Assembly: GCF_009914755.1 (NCBI RefSeq) | Contig: NC_060930.1 | Source of the DNA: the human T2T-CHM13v2.0 reference genome, Homo sapiens | Reading direction: 5' to 3' (one strand) | Length of the DNA: 64,000 bases | Part shown: positions 13,315 to 27,875 of the stretch, one piece after another | How positions within the stretch are numbered: the first letter of the stretch is position 1 | Layout: each line of letters opens with the position of its first letter | The notes under the pieces: model-generated | What the model saw: the letters and a program-made list of their open reading frames with translations, nothing else | Told to the model about the DNA's origin: nothing | Database searches by the model: none | Program-made: the position numbers and the translations under genes

Positions 13315-15523
13315 ACCCGCTGATTAGTCTTGAACTGGTGTAAGGCTGGTTGCTTCTCTGGCTCATGACAACAAAGGCAGATGAACAGCAGTTTTGTTTC
13401 TCAATGTGAATGTCTCCTCATGTCTGTGAGGGGTCTCTGCTGAGAGTTCCTCTCAGTAGGTCTCTTCGTATGGGAGTATGTACATATTCTAAACTTAGAT
13501 CTGATCAAATAAGATTGCAATTTTTTTCTTTGTTATACTGCTTTCCTTTCTTAGGGGTATATGCCCAGGAGTGGAATTGCTGGATCATATGGTACCTCTT
13601 CCAAACTGTTCTCCATAGTGGTTATACTAATTTACACTCCCACCAACAGTGGATGAAGGTTGCCTTTTCTCCACATCCTAGCCAGCATTTGTTATTGCCT
13701 GTCTTTTGGATAAGAGATATTTTACGTGGGGTGAGATGATATCTCATTGTAGTTTTGCTTTGCATTTCTCTGATGATCAATGATATTGAGCACCTTTTCA
13801 TATACCAGTTTGCCATTTGTACGTCTTGTTTTGAGAAATATCTATTTAGGTGTTTTGCTCATTTTAATTGAATTCACAGATTTTTTTTTTCCTTTAGAGT
13901 TGTTTGAGCTCCTTATATATTCTGGTTATTGATCTCTTGTCAGATGGATAGTTTGAAAATATTTTCTCTCATTCTTTGGGTTGTCTCTTCACTTTACTAG
14001 TTGTTTACTTTGCTGTGCAGCTTTTTAACTTGATGTAATCTCATTTGTACATGTTTGCTTTGGCTGCTTGTTCTTGTAGAGTATTACTCAAGAAATCTTT
14101 GCCCAAAGAAATGTCCCCAGAGATTTTCCTCACAGTTTTTCTGTAGTAGTTTCAGTTTGAAGTCTTAGATATAAGACTTTCATTCATTTTGATTTGATAT
14201 TTGTATATGCCAAGAGACAGGGGTGTAGTTTCATTCTTCTGCATATGGATATCCGGCTTTCTTAGCACCATTTATTGAAGAGATTGTTTTTTCTGCAATG
14301 TATATTCTTGGCACCTTTGTGGTAAATGAGTTCACTATAGTTGTATGGATTTTTTTCTGGGTTCTCTATTCTTCTCCATTGGTTTATGTGTCTGTTTTAA
14401 TACCAGTACCATGCTTTTTTGGTTACTATAGCTCCGTAGTATAATTTGAAGTCAGGTAATGTGATTCCTCCAGTTTTATTCTTTTTGCTCAGGACAGCTT
14501 TGACTATTCTGGGTCTTTTGTGGATCCATATACATTTCAGGATTGTTTTTCTATTTCTGTGAAGAATGTCATTGGTATTTTAAAATGGATTGCACTGAAT
14601 TTGTAGATTGCTTTGGGTAACATGGATATTTTAACAATATTGATTCTTCCAATCCATGAACACAGAATACCTTTCCTTTTTGTGTGTGTCCTCTTAAATT
14701 TCCTTCATCAATGTTTTACAGTTTTCATTATTGAAATTATTTGCTTCTTTGGTTAATTCCTAAGTATTTAATTTTATTTGTAGCTACTGTGTAGACTAAT
14801 TTTAGCTATTGTAAGTGAAATTACTTTTTAAATTTCTTTTTCAGACCATTTGCTGTTGGCATATAGAAGTGCTACTGATTGTTGTATGTTGATTTTGTAT
14901 CCTGAAACTGAATCCTGAATCCTGAATTTGTTTATTAGTTCTAATAGTTTTTTCATGGAGTATTTAGTTTTTCCCAAATATAAGATCATATCATCTGCAA
15001 ACAAGGATAATTTGACTTTTTCCTTTCCAATTTAGATGCCCTTTATTTATTTATCTTGTTTGATTACACTAGCTAGAATGTACAGTATCATGTTAAATAA
15101 CTGTGGCAAAAGTGGGCATCCTTGACATATTCCAGATCTTAGAAGGAAGGCTTTTGGCTTTTCCCCATTCAGTATGATCCTATCCATGGGTCTGTTTTAA
15201 ATGGGTTTTATTATGTTGAGGTATGTTCCTTCTGTACCCAGTTATTTTAGGGTTTTTATTAAGAAGACTGTTGAATATTATCAGATGATTTTCCAGCATC
15301 AATTGAAATGATCATATTATTTTTATCCTTGATTCTGTTGATATAATGTATCATACTGATTGATTTGCATATGTTGAACCATCCTTACGTCCCCAGAAAA
15401 AATCCCATTTGGCCATAATGAATGATCTTTTTAATGTGTTGTTGAATTCAATTTGCTAGTATTTTGTTGAGGATTTTTGCATCAATGTTAATCAGGAACA
15501 TTGGTCTGTAGTTTGTTTGAGTG

Positions 15524-15524
15524 T

Positions 15525-15568
<44 letters not shown>

Positions 15569-15577
15569 TTTCTTTTT
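15524..15577. repeat. (TTTC)n tetranucleotide microsatellite inside L1
   Basis: About 11 consecutive TTTC units. Confidence 0.95.
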
Positions 15578-15691
15578 ATATGTCATCTTTGTCTGGTTTT
15601 GCTATCGGGGTAATCTGGCCTCATAGAATGAGTTTGGAATTACCCTCACATCCTACATTGTTTGGAATAGTTTGAGTAGGATTGATATTAG

Positions 15692-17370
15692 TGTTACAGG
15701 ATCCTTTGGGTGTCACTTCATTAGCCAGCAACCTCTGTGGCCAGTGGCACCTTTGCCCGAGTTTTGCTTGCGCCCACTGGGCCCACTCAGCCTGACAAGC
15801 ATACTCGGCTTGCACTTCTGGCCTGGATCCCATGCCTGCCAAGCATGTGGAGCAGCAAGGAGTGTGTGAGCAAGTGAGCATGGGGTCTGGTTACTGTGCA
15901 TAGCCAGGCATGTTGGCTGCGGTAGGGTGGGCAGCTCCAGGCACTGGTATGGGTGCCAGCTCCCTGCAAGGCTGCAGCTGGACAAGGTGTCCCACAACAG
16001 CTTCCACAGCTGGCACTGGGGAATGTGGTGGCACCTGGAAGCTTGGAGACGCCAGGAACTGCAGAGCCCCCAAAGGGGTGTCACAGCCCTGGCTCAGGGA
16101 GCTCCTAGGTCTGGAACACCTGAAGGGCTGCAGCTCTTCTCTCTTCTCTCCTTTTCATTGCCTGCAATGTGGTAAGCAAGGGGCGTGTTTCAGCTCCTTT
16201 TGTGTTACAGCTCTTTCAGCCCTGGCATTCAGTGGGTCCCAAGTTATTGTCCCATGTCCAGGAAGAATGAGATATGTAGAGAAGTGGAGGATAAGAAAGA
16301 TGAAGAGTAGCTTTATTGAGTGATAGAGCAGCTCAGAGGAGACCTTCAGTGGGTAGCTCCTCTCTGCTGACAGGGTATCACTGGGATACCCTGGCTGCAG
16401 AGAGGAGACCCTGGAGTCGGTAGCTCCTCTCTGCAGCTGGTCATCCTGACATCTGCTTAGCTCTCAGCAGAGAGGAGACCCTGGAGTGGTTAGCTCCTCT
16501 CTGCAGCTGTTCATCCCGACCTCTCTTCATGTCTGGCTGAGTCTGGGGTTTTATGCACTTCAGAAGGGAGGAAGTGTGTGCTTATTTGTTCATGCGCAGG
16601 AATGGGTGGACCTGGGAAAAGCACTATAAGTTCCCACTCCAGTCCACGGGATTACCAGCCCAGCCTCCAGGCTTTAGGCCTTCCCCAGCTTGAAAGTAGG
16701 GCTTCACCAGGGACCCTCCCTTTTCTGCCCAAAAGCCTACTTGCCTCGTACCACTTTTTATGGTGCCCAGGCTGTTAGTGCTAAGGGTCACCTGCAGGTG
16801 AGTGCCAAGCTGCCCTCAGCCCTCCCCTCAGCTTTACTCCCATGCTCATCAGCACCCAAAGTCTGGAGGGGTCTAAATTGGGAGGAGGCTGGCATGTCAG
16901 TGCTGCCCTAAGCATGAGTACACCTGGCCAGGTTGTGACAGTGCCCAGGCTTGGCTTCAACTTTGCTCAAAGATCAGAGTGAGCACTGGGAATGGGGAGA
17001 ATCCAGACAGAGGAAACAGGCACTTCTGAGCCTGAGAAGGCAGAAGGCCTTCCTGGGTCTCTGAGAGTGCAGAGATGCCTGGGTCCACAGCCATGGCTGG
17101 GTGGCTGCAGCTGCACCTCAGAGGGTGGGGCTCCTGCCTGCTCCCAGCTCCCAAGAGCACAATGATGCCTAGGTCTGCAGCTGCAGCTGGGTGGCCACAG
17201 ACACACCTGGGGAACAAGAGGCTTTTGCCCTGACAACTCTGAAGGGGGCAGGACTTCCACCTGTTCCCAGCTACCACTGGCTCCTTGGAGTGCACGGCCC
17301 TGGCTATGCCTCCCACACTGCAGCCAGCATCATGGCAGTGGCCACTCTAGATAGGCTGCAGCTGTGATCA
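15692..17370 (-). mobile_element. MER52-family (ERV1) solo LTR, ~1.68 kb, inserted in L1MA ORF2
   Basis: Termini TGTTACAGGATCC... and ...GCAGCTGTGATCA. GC-rich. AATAAA on the minus strand (CTTTATTG at 16311). Internal GAGGAGACCCTGGAG repeats. 4-bp TSD TTAG/TTAA, and the L1 sequence resumes in register. Confidence 0.88.
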
Positions 17371-20300
17371 TTAATTCTTTAAATGTTTGCTAGAATTCAG
17401 TAGTGAAGCTGTCAAGTCCTGGGCTTTTTATTGCTGGAAGACTTTTTACTATCGCTTCAATCTCATTACTTCTTTTTTTTTTTTTTTTTTGGTCTTTTCA
17501 GGTTTTGGACCTCTTCATGGTTTAATATTGGTAAATTGTATATGTCTAGGAATTTGTCCATTTCTTCTAGGTTTGCCAATTCGTTCATATATAGTTGCCG
17601 ACAGTAGCCTGTAATGATCCTTTGAATTTCTGCTTATCAGTGGTAATGTCTCCTTTATCATTTCTGATTTTATTTATTTGGGTATCTCTCATTTGTTCTT
17701 AGTCTGGCAAAAGGTTTTTTTATCTTTTATTAAAAAAACACTTTTTGTTGCATTTATCTTTTGTGTTGTTTTCTTTCTACCAATTTTATTGATTTCAGCT
17801 CTGATCTTTATTATTTCTTTTCTTCTACTAATTTTGGATTTGGTTTGCTCTAGCTTTTCTAATTCTTTAAGATGCATCATTAGGTTGTTCAATTGATGTT
17901 TTTCTACCTTTTTGAGGTATGCACTTGTAGCTATAAAATTCCCTCTTAGTACTGATTTCACTGTATCCCATAGGTCTTGGTATGTTTTGCTTCCATTATC
18001 ATTTGTTTCAAGATATATTTCAGTTTCCTTCTTAAATTTTTTATTACACACTGGTCATTCGGGAACATATCATTGCATTTCCATGTTTTTGTATAGTTTC
18101 CAACATTCCTCTTGTTATTTATTTCTAGTTTAATTCCATTGTGATCAGAGAAGACACTTCATATGATTTAATTTTTTTTAATGTTCCAACACTAGTTTTG
18201 TGGCCTAACACATGGTCTGTCCTTGGGAATGAACTACATGCAGAGAAGAAGAATGTGCATTCTGCAGCTGTTGGTTGAAGTGTTCTGTTAATATCTATTA
18301 AGTCCATTTGGGCTATATTGAAGCTGAGTCTGGTGTTTTCTTTGTTGATTTTTTGACTGGATGATGTGTCCAACGGTGAAAATTGGGTATTGAAGTCTTC
18401 AGCTATTATTGTACTGGGGTCTATCTCTCACTTTAGCTCTAATAATATTTGTTTTATATATATGGTGATCCAGTGTTCAGTGCATACATATGTAAAATTG
18501 ATGTATCTTCCTATTGAGTTGTACCCTTTATTATTATATAATGACCTTCTTTGTCTTATAACTTTTGTCTTGAAATCTATTTTGTTTGATACAACTACTC
18601 CTTCTCTTTTTTAGTTACCATTGGCATGTAACATCTTTTTCCATCCCTTTACTTTCAGTCTATTTGTGTTTTTATAGGTGAAGTGTGTCTCTTGTAGGCA
18701 AAAGATCACTGGGTCTTGTTTTTTATCCATTCAGCCACTCTATGTCCTTGAATTAGAGAGTTTAGTCTATTTACGTTCAATGTTATTGATAAGTAAGGAC
18801 TTACTCCTGCTATTTGTTATTTGTTTTCTGGTTGTTTTGTGGTCCTCTCTTCCTTCTTTCCTTCCTTCCTGTCTTCCTTTTAATAAATGTGATTTTTCTG
18901 ATGGTATTTTAAAATGTATTACTTTTTATTTTTTGTATATACATTGTGTGTTTTTTAATTTGAGGTTAACATAAGACTTGCAATAATGTCTTATAACCCA
19001 TTGTTTTAAACTGATGACAACGGTGACTGCATAAACATACAAACTAACAAGAAAGAAAACACTAATAAAAACTCTACATTTTAACTTCATGTCCCTGCTT
19101 TTTAACTTTTTATTGTTTCCATTTCTATCATATTGTACTGTCTTGAGAAATTGTAGTTATTATTTTTGATTGGTTCATCCTTTAGTCTTTCTACTTAAGA
19201 TAAGAGTAATTTACACATTGCAGTTACTGTGTTGTAAGATTCTGTGTTTTTCTATGTATTTATTATTACCAGTGAATTTTGTACCTTCAGATGATTTCTT
19301 CCTACTGATCAATGTCCTTTTCTTTTATATTACAAAACTCCCTTTAGCATGTATTGTAGGACATTTGTGGTGTAAATGAAATCCATAAGCTTTTCTTTGT
19401 CTGGGAAAGTCTTTATTTCTTCTTCATGTTTGAAGGATATTTTTACCAGATATGCTATTATAGGTTAAAAGTTTTGTTTCCTTTGGCACCTTAAATATGT
19501 CATGCCACTTTCTCTTGGAATGTAAGGTTTCATTGAAAAGTCTTTTGCCAGACATATTGGAGCTTCATTGTATTTTATTTGTTTATTTTCTCTTGTTTTT
19601 AGGATCCTTTCTTTATCCTTGACTTTTGGGAGTTTGATTATGGTCTCAAGATTGCCTAGGTATCTTGAGACAAGGTAAATCTGTGTGATGTTCTATAACC
19701 TTCTTGTAGTTGAATATTGATATTTTTCACTAGGATTGGGAAGTTCTCTGTTATTATCCTTTTGAATAAACTTTCTACACCATCTCTCTACTTCCCCTTT
19801 AAGGAAAATAACTCTTAAATTTGCTCTTTTGGGGTGATTTTCTAGATCTTTTAGGCATGCCTCATTCTTTTCTATTATTTTTTCCTTTTATTTCCTCTGA
19901 CTGTGTATTTTCAAACAGCCTGTCTTCAAGCTCACTAATTCTTTCTTCTGCTTGATGAATTTTTCCATTAGTAGACTCTGATGCATTCTTTAGTATGTCA
20001 GTTGCATTTTTCAGCTCGGAATTTCTGCTTGATTCTTTTTAATTACTTCAATGTCTTTGTTAAATAAATCTATCATGATCCTGAACTCCTTCTCTGTGTT
20101 ATCTTGAATTTCCAAGTTTCCTCAAAACAGCTATTTTGAATGATCTGACTGAAAGGTCCCGTATCTCTGTCTCTCCAGGATTGGTCCCTGGTGCCATATT
20201 TACTTCATTTAGTGTGGTCGTGCTTTACTGGATGGTCTTGATGCTTGTGAATGTTTTGTCAGTGTCTGGGCATTTGAAAAGTTAGGTATTGATTGTAGCC

Positions 20301-20566
20301 TTCACAGTCTTGGCTTGTTTCTGCCTGTCCTTCTTTGGAGGGGTTTCCAGATATTTGAAGGGACTTGGATGCTGTGACCTAAGTCTGGGTCACTGCAGCC
20401 TTATCTGCATTAGAGGGCACCCCACACAGAGTAATGCTGCGGCTCTTGCAGACCAACTTGGTGGTCTCGCGTAGCATCGGAGAGAATTCCCTGGGTTATT
20501 CTCTTCGCTCTCTTCCCCTTACTTTCACCCAAACAGAGTCTCTCTCTTTATCTCTCTCTCTGTCTG

Positions 20567-20572
<6 letters not shown>

Positions 20573-20614
<42 letters not shown>
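20573..20614. repeat. (TG)21 microsatellite preceded by (TC)n
   Basis: Uninterrupted TG run inside the L1 5'UTR. Confidence 0.97.
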
Positions 20615-20616
<2 letters not shown>

Positions 20617-22416
20617 GAGATCCCTGGAGCTGAGGGAGGGGTGACACAAGCACCTCTGTGGCCACAACCACGGGGACTTCTCTGGGTCAGACCTGAAGCG
20701 AAAACAACAGCACTGTCTTGCCAAATGCTCACTGTAACCACTACCTGAATACTGCCTATGTTCACTCAAGGCTGTAGGACTCTACAATAAGCAAGTGGTG
20801 AAGCCAGTCATGTTTGTATCTTTCCCTTCAGGGAAGCAAGTTCCCCAGGTCCCAGTTGAGTCCAGAGATGTCATCAAGGAGCCAGGGCCATGAGTCAGGA
20901 ACCTTAGAAATCTACCTGGCACGCTATTATACTGTAGCTGAGCTGCCATGCAAACCACAAGACAAAGTCCTTTCCACTCTTCCCTCTCTCTTTTAACAGG
21001 CAGAAAAGTCTTTCCCCACAAACACCACTGCCACAGGCCCACAGAGAGTAATTCCAGTCTACTGTGAATGTTCACTTAAGGCCCAAGGGCTCTTCAGTCA
21101 GCTTGTGGTGTATGCTTCCAGGCCTGGGACTCATCTTTCAGGTCAGTGCCCTACATCCTAGCCCAGAACAGGTCCATAAATTCCATTCAAGAGCCAAGGC
21201 CTGGAACTGGGGACCCCAAGAATGCACTTGGTGCTCTGCCCAATTGTGGCTGAGATGGTAGCTAAGCTGCAAGACACATTTCCCTTCACTTTTACCTCTT
21301 CTTTCCTTAAACAAAAGGAGGCTTTCCTTGTACCCACTATAGCTGGAAATATGCTAGATCACACTTGAAGTCAGCATATCTCACCCAAGGCCCAGAGTGT
21401 GTACTACCTGGTTATTGCTGCTGATTATTCAGGACCCGAGGGCTCTTTAGCAGCAGGTGATGAATCCTGTCAGGACTTAGTCCTTTCTTTCAAAGCAGCA
21501 GATTACCTTCTGGCACAGGGTATGTTTAGAAATGTCCTCTGGGAGCTAGGGCCAGGAATGGGGGTCTTACAATTTTGCCCACTGCCCAATCCTATTGTGG
21601 CTGAGCTAGCATCCAAGTTGCAAAACAAAGTCCACATTATGCTTTCTTCTCATCTTCTGAAGCTGAAGGAAGAAGTCTCTTTTGGAGCTGCAAGCTACAC
21701 TGCCTAGGTTTGGGGAAGGGTTGGTGCAAGTACTCCTTAGTAGCCCCAGCTGGTGTCTCACCAGGTTGCATGCCCCACCAAGTCCACTGGCTCCAAGCCC
21801 AGCACACCACTAGGACTGGCCTAGGAGTTGCAGTTCTGTGACCTAGAATGCCTTTCAAGTTTATTTAGAACTCTAGAGCCCTTTATCCCAGAGTGTCGAG
21901 ACTTGCCAGAACTCAGGTTCTGACTCCTGAGATGTATGATTCCCCTCCGGCCAGTGCTAATCTCAATGTTCCTTCTGTGGGCATCAGTTGAGTTTTGCCT
22001 GGTGTTGCTTCCCACTATGACAGGGTTCCATTGCAAAGTCCCACAATCACTGTGCTCCCCCATCCCCAAGCATACAGATTCTCTGAACCACATGGTTGCT
22101 GCTGGAGAATGGGGGAGAGTTGGCATCAGTCATTCAAATCTATCTTTTCTGCCCTCTTCAGTGCCTTTTTCAGTGATTTGAAGTTAAAACCAGGCACTGT
22201 GATCACTCATCTGATTTTTGGTCCTTATGAAGGACTTTTTTGTGTAGATGGCTGTTAAATTCAGTGCTCCTGCAGACAGGACAATCAGTGGAAGCTTCTA
22301 TTTGGCCATTTTGCTCTGCCCTGTGATTAGCAGTCCTGTCCGTATATTTCTGATACCATAAATGGTTTTGCTATTTGTTTATATTATACAGAAAGACTTG
22401 ACCAAAGCTCACAAGT

Positions 22417-22786
22417 TGATATGGTTTGGCTGTGTCGCCATCCAAATCTCATCTTTAATTTTAGTTCCTATAGTCCCCATGTGCCATGGGAGGGACCCAG
22501 TGGGAGGTAATTTAATCCTGGGGGTGGTTATTCTCATGCTGTTCTTGTGATAGTGAGTTCTCACGAGATCTGATGGTTTTATAAGGAGCTTTTTCCCCTT
22601 TTGCTTGGCACTTATCCTTGATGCTGCCATGTGAAGAAGGCCATATTTGCTTCCCCTTCTGCCATGATTGTAAGTTTGCTGAGGTCTCCCCAGCCATGCT
22701 GAACTGTGAGTCAATTAAACCTCTTTCCTTTATAAATTACCCAGTCTTAGTATGTCTCTATGTCAGCATGAGAACAGACTAATATA
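22417..22786 (+). mobile_element. THE1C (MaLR) solo LTR
   Basis: TGATATGGTTTGGCTGTGTC ... GAGAACAGACTAATATA, ATTAAA poly-A signal, perfect 5-bp TSD CAAGT (22412-22416, 22787-22791). Confidence 0.93.
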
Positions 22787-24372
22787 CAAGTACATTTTAT
22801 ATTCTTTTTGGGTGAAGCAAGAAGTCTTATTTCTTTCAAGCTCTAAATCTAATTTTTATGTTTCAAAAATGTATGCATGATTCCATAATTAGTTCCTCAA
22901 ATGGAATTCTCTTGTGGAAGTCATTGCTTCTGTAGTTTTCACACATCCAGAGAGAAACCTTGAAAATATGGTGTTTAAATTCAGGTCCCAATGTGACTCT
23001 TCTTAATGCAAATTGAGTATGAATTTATTAGAAATCATTAGTGGGATAAATGTTCTCCTATTATGTAAATCTGTGTCTTTAATCTGAAATGTAGAAAGCA
23101 AATTGCTTTCCAGAATATCTAATCTGCGATTCTGTAATTAGGTGAGCAGGTGGTTAATTACAGGTGCTGTTAGTGACTTGCCCCTCATCACAAGAACACA
23201 AATAGCTAATTCTATGTGTCCCAAGTCAGTCATAAGGGTAGTTGTGTTGGCTACACAATTTTTAAATCCACATGTGTTAAGTGCCTAAATACATAAGTAG
23301 AACTGAGTATATGCTACTGTTTTATAAATATAAAAGTTGATCCATCACAAAGGATGCACATTTAAGAAAATTTTTAGTGGCATTTTTCATTAATTTTATA
23401 TACTACTTTACAACAGTCTTTGGTTGAATGTCCAAAAAGCAGATGAAAGAAATTGTATTTATGTATATTTTTATGCTGTACTGTAATAGTATGTGAAATG
23501 TCTAAATAAATTGTAAAAGAGGTTACTTATATCGCTATGACTAAATTGAGGATCCTGGAACTGCATTGATGTACTCAGTTTATGATCTCACTTATTTTCT
23601 AGTAACTGTTTAAGTCATAGTGTTAAGGAAATGATTACAAAACATGTGCAGGTGCTAAGCTTAGAGTCATAAGCAATAACATGTAGCTATAGAAGTTAAT
23701 TTCACATGAAGCGTCCACCCAGATATTAAAAGGACTATATTTAAAATGTAGGAAACCTATGAAACCCTGCATGCAAAACAATTGGATTTTTAATTTTAAA
23801 ATCTGTTAAAAAGTAAGAAAAGTTTTTAGAGAACATAGTATTAGGGCAGAGATTAACCCATGGCAGAAAAAAAGAGAACTATAAAGTTGTTCTTAAAAAC
23901 TCATGAAGCCCCCGCACCACCCTTCTTCCTGCTTCTAAACACATACCTTTGAGATCCAGGGAGTTGTATTGTTGTCTCTTTTTCAAGCTTGATAATGTCA
24001 ATGACTTTTAAAGATATACAAGCAAATGGAATAACAAAGGATAAAAGAGGTTTGGGGAAAACCTGAGAAGCATTGTAGAGTAATAGGCTAAAACTAAATG
24101 GAGAATAATAAGGGGTTGACATTTTTGACCTCCAAAATGCTATAAGTCCCTTTCACAGAAATGGGTAGTTCTTTTTCAACAAGGTATGACAGCATAGCCT
24201 TGGTCCTAAAGAAAAGTTCATCAAGCTTAATATTATGGCCATAAACAAATGTGGGAAATTTCAAATGGGATCCATCAGGTAAAGATCATTTACCTCTGAA
24301 ACCTCTTCCCCCTAAAAAAGTTTCATATTAATATTTGGTAAGAGCCTAATTACTTTAGAAACATAAGAGTAA

Positions 24373-24646
<274 letters not shown>

Positions 24647-24949
24647 TTAAGAATAAAAGTGGAACTTGCATAATTTTAATATATCAAAATGAGTTGAAAT
24701 GATGCAATAATGAACCTGACTCTTGAAACCACACTTCAAAACTGGTATTTCGTGACTTTATAGTCAATTTCTATATATGCACTTCCTCTGCCCACAATTT
24801 CATGCTTATATATTGTCTCCATCACAGATCAATGTCAGTGTTTTAGGAGGGATCGTAGTTCCCATGTGATGATGAAAGATTTGCTTTGATAATCAATAAT
24901 TGCAGTAGGAGACATAATTTGCCCTGGCTTTTGACTCTTAAATCTATCT

Positions 24950-25425
24950 TCACTTTCACTACCAGAATATTTTATCTTTTGGTTGTTTCCCACCTCCTCA
25001 TTAGATAGAGTGCAGATTTCTCAGCATAATTTATGAAGCCCTCCATGATCCAGCCTCATCTTGCATCATTTTCTCTTTACCTTCTGTACCTCTGCCTTGT
25101 CATTACGGTAGTCAACCATTTGCAATTTTCCCAACACACCACACTGATTTGCACCTTCCTCTTTTTTGTTCCATCTGCCTAGAATAATTTTGTTCATATA
25201 CTTCCTCCTTTGCCTGGCAAATTCAGATCACATCTCCAGTCTCTGCCTTCCGTTTTCCCAGAGCACCCTTTACCTCCCACATAGCACATGGTAATGAGCT
25301 TGTGTTAGTGTCAGTCCCTCTGCTAACGTATAGGTCTAATGGTCAAGATTTTCCCCTTCAACTTGATTTCCCCAGTCTTCACACAATGCCTACCCCATAG
25401 TAGATGCTGATTGTCTATTGAGTTG
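24950..25425 (+). mobile_element. L2 (L2c-like) fragment
   Basis: GAAGCCCTCCATGATCCAGCC...CCATCTGCCTAGAAT...CACAATGCCTACCCCATAGTAGATGCT. Confidence 0.6.
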
Positions 25426-26819
25426 CATAGTATACCTTAGTCTGCACAATATATTTATTTATCCATTCATCTATCTATATATTCATTCATTGATTTATTC
25501 ATTCAAGCAACAGTTTTTAATTTCACATTGTTTACCAAGGCCCTTGCTACTTGCTAAGATAGCATATTCTTACAAGTGAAGACTGATTAGCTTAAAAGTT
25601 TTAAAATTGCTCTGGCTTTGACAGTTTAAAAGTGATAAACTGAACAGAGAATATTGAAAATGCATTTTGCCCACATCTGATTATTTAAGTAGCAATGAAA
25701 CTCTTAATAGACTTTACAAGTATTCTAAAATTCAAGACTTGATTTATTAAGTTGGACTTGAGAGCTAATTCTCATACAGCTATTAACCTAAGGTGACAAA
25801 TTGCCTCATATGGAGAGAGATGTCCAATATATCTAATAAGGAGAGAGAAAGGAATAAACTGAATATTTCATGCCGTGACAATGTTTGCCCTTCCCAGCCA
25901 CATCTCCCCAAATACTACTTCCATTCTCCATTAACTTCAAGACAAGATAAACATCTACATCTACATTTTGGTATAGGCCACCCAAAAGGTTTTGTGTGCT
26001 TGTTTTCATCTGACAAACTAGAAAAAACAATCCACAGTGTTTTGTTTGCTTCCAAGAAAAGAAAAGAAATTTCAGGAAAATACAAAATTCAACATTATGC
26101 CATCATGTACCACAGGGAATACCTTTTGTTCTTTATCAAGATACTTTGCAAACTCTAGATTATTACAAAGTTTACCCAATAGTATTTTTAAAGGATAAAG
26201 GATTACTAGATGCAGGAATGAATTGAATCATCATAGAATAGGGAATTAAGAGCTGCCATTTATTACTATCAATCCCAATCAGTCAATCTACTGCTGCCAT
26301 CTAATGTTGGAGCTGTTTCTAAAGCAGATGCTGAGTACAGGTTACCTCTACCATTTGAAAAATTTTTATAGGCCAGCGTATTTCCAAAACATACACAAAA
26401 TCAACTGCTTCCTAGAAAGAGAAGATAGTAGTTTGACAAAATGGAGAAATATTTTTTCTTCATTTAGAAGCTTCAAAGGAGAGAAATCATGTAATAGTAA
26501 CCATTTGAGTACTAATATATTTTTTAAAAGGCGAACAAAAATTAGCCATTTTCACTGATACAGCAATATGACTGTGTCTATATTTGTTCTTATGTTTCTT
26601 ATATATATTAAATGAAAGTTTAAAAATAAACACAAAATAATTATAATTAGAAGACTCATTAATTTAGTTTTACATATGCTCGTTAATTTAATTTAAAAAT
26701 ATTTAATTGAGAACCTAGTCTCAATTAATTAAGCCCAAAATATTATAATTGTCTTTTACATAAATGAGAAACTTTTTTTCAATAAAATGTCACTATTCCA
26801 TATGTTGGCCCTGTAATGG

Positions 26820-27370
26820 TTAAAAAATGAACATGGTTCCTGCCCTCGAATTAATGAGCAAGATAATGGCAGAAAATGGTTAAATTATGTGAAGGAAACA
26901 GAGCAAGATAGTATGATAAAGAATGACTGTGTCAGCAGGGAGGCTCAGAGGCCCTGTGTTAGACAGCATGTTTAGGAAAACTGCTGTGAGGAGATAATAT
27001 TTTAGCTGATATCTGAATGATGAGAAGGAGCCCTGTGAAGAGATGGGACAAAAATGCTTGCAGATGAGGACATAGCAAGACGATGGCCCTCAGGCAGGAA
27101 ACAGCTTGATGTGGCAAAGAATGAGACAAGATTTACCTGGCTAGGTATATTTGATAAGAAAAGAGAGTTCATCTGGGGTCAGATCACATGGGGTCTTTAG
27201 GCCATAGTAAGGAGTAGGGATATGTTCAGAAAGCATTGAGAAGTCATATGAACCCATTAGCCAAGAGAACAACATGATGGCTGATTTGTTTGATTTTTTA
27301 CACAATCCCTTGGGTTCCATGTATACAATGGATTGCAAAGAGACAAGAATGAAAACAGAAAATCCAATGT
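26820..27370 (-). mobile_element. L2 fragment
   Basis: ACATGGTTCCTGCCCTC...GAGGAGATAATATTTTAGCTGATATCTGAATGATGAGAAGGAGCC...GGCCATAGTAAGGAGT. Confidence 0.7.
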
Positions 27371-27649
27371 TGTTATGAAAATAGAAGGCTGACTTTCAAA
27401 TTTTGCTAAAGCTACACCAGCTAATTGTCAATTTTATCACTGAATGTTTAAGATGAAAATGACCTTAGAAGTCTTTTTTTCTTTGGTTTACAAATGAAGA
27501 AACTAAACCTCAGGGATGTTGGGTAACACAGCTCACAACTTGATCAAGCTGATTCGTAGCAATATTTATTACTATTCCCAGTATAATTAGCCTTCCAGCA
27601 GGCCTGAGCTTGCAAGTCAGAGAAGACACTATGTTTCCCTAAGCCACTG

Positions 27650-27875
27650 AAGAAGTGGCGCAGCAGAATGGTGAAGGCATCCATGCTGGACGCAAACACC
27701 CTGATTTTCATACCATTCACGCCTTACTGGCTGTGCAACTGTGTGCAGATTACTTAACCTCAATGGCCCTCAGTTTCCCCATCTGTACGTAGAGATGATA
27801 ATATCTACTTTATAGGATCAATGTGAGAATTACATGAGTTAAAATTCACAAAGGACTAAGAGCAGTACCAGGTAA
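27650..27875 (+). mobile_element. MIR SINE
   Basis: CTTACTGGCTGTGCAACTGTGTGCAGATTACTTAACCTCAATGGCCCTCAGTTTCCCCATCTGT core. Confidence 0.85.

Larger units (their letters stand above)
13535..22322 (-). mobile_element. Near full-length old L1 (L1MA2/L1M1-type): 5'UTR ~20300-22322, ORF1 remnant, ORF2 remnant from ~18813 to 13535; 3'UTR displaced to 10978-11460
   Basis: Minus strand starts GGGCAGAGCAAAATGGCCAAATAGAAGC (L1M1-type 5' end). ORF2 N-terminus AGVSPYLSI..LNV near 18810; peptides KTYQDLWDTVKSVLRGNFIA and [25 protein letters not shown]; many stops. Confidence 0.9.

Noticed and set aside
15621-17316. Dense cluster of overlapping GC-rich ORFs suggesting a gene or CpG island
   Set aside because: The cluster essentially coincides with the MER52 LTR. 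High GC lowers stop-codon frequency, and CpGs are largely decayed.
20434-22258. Multiple ORFs and repeated motifs in a GC-richer segment
   Set aside because: This is the L1MA 5'UTR with its internal repeats.
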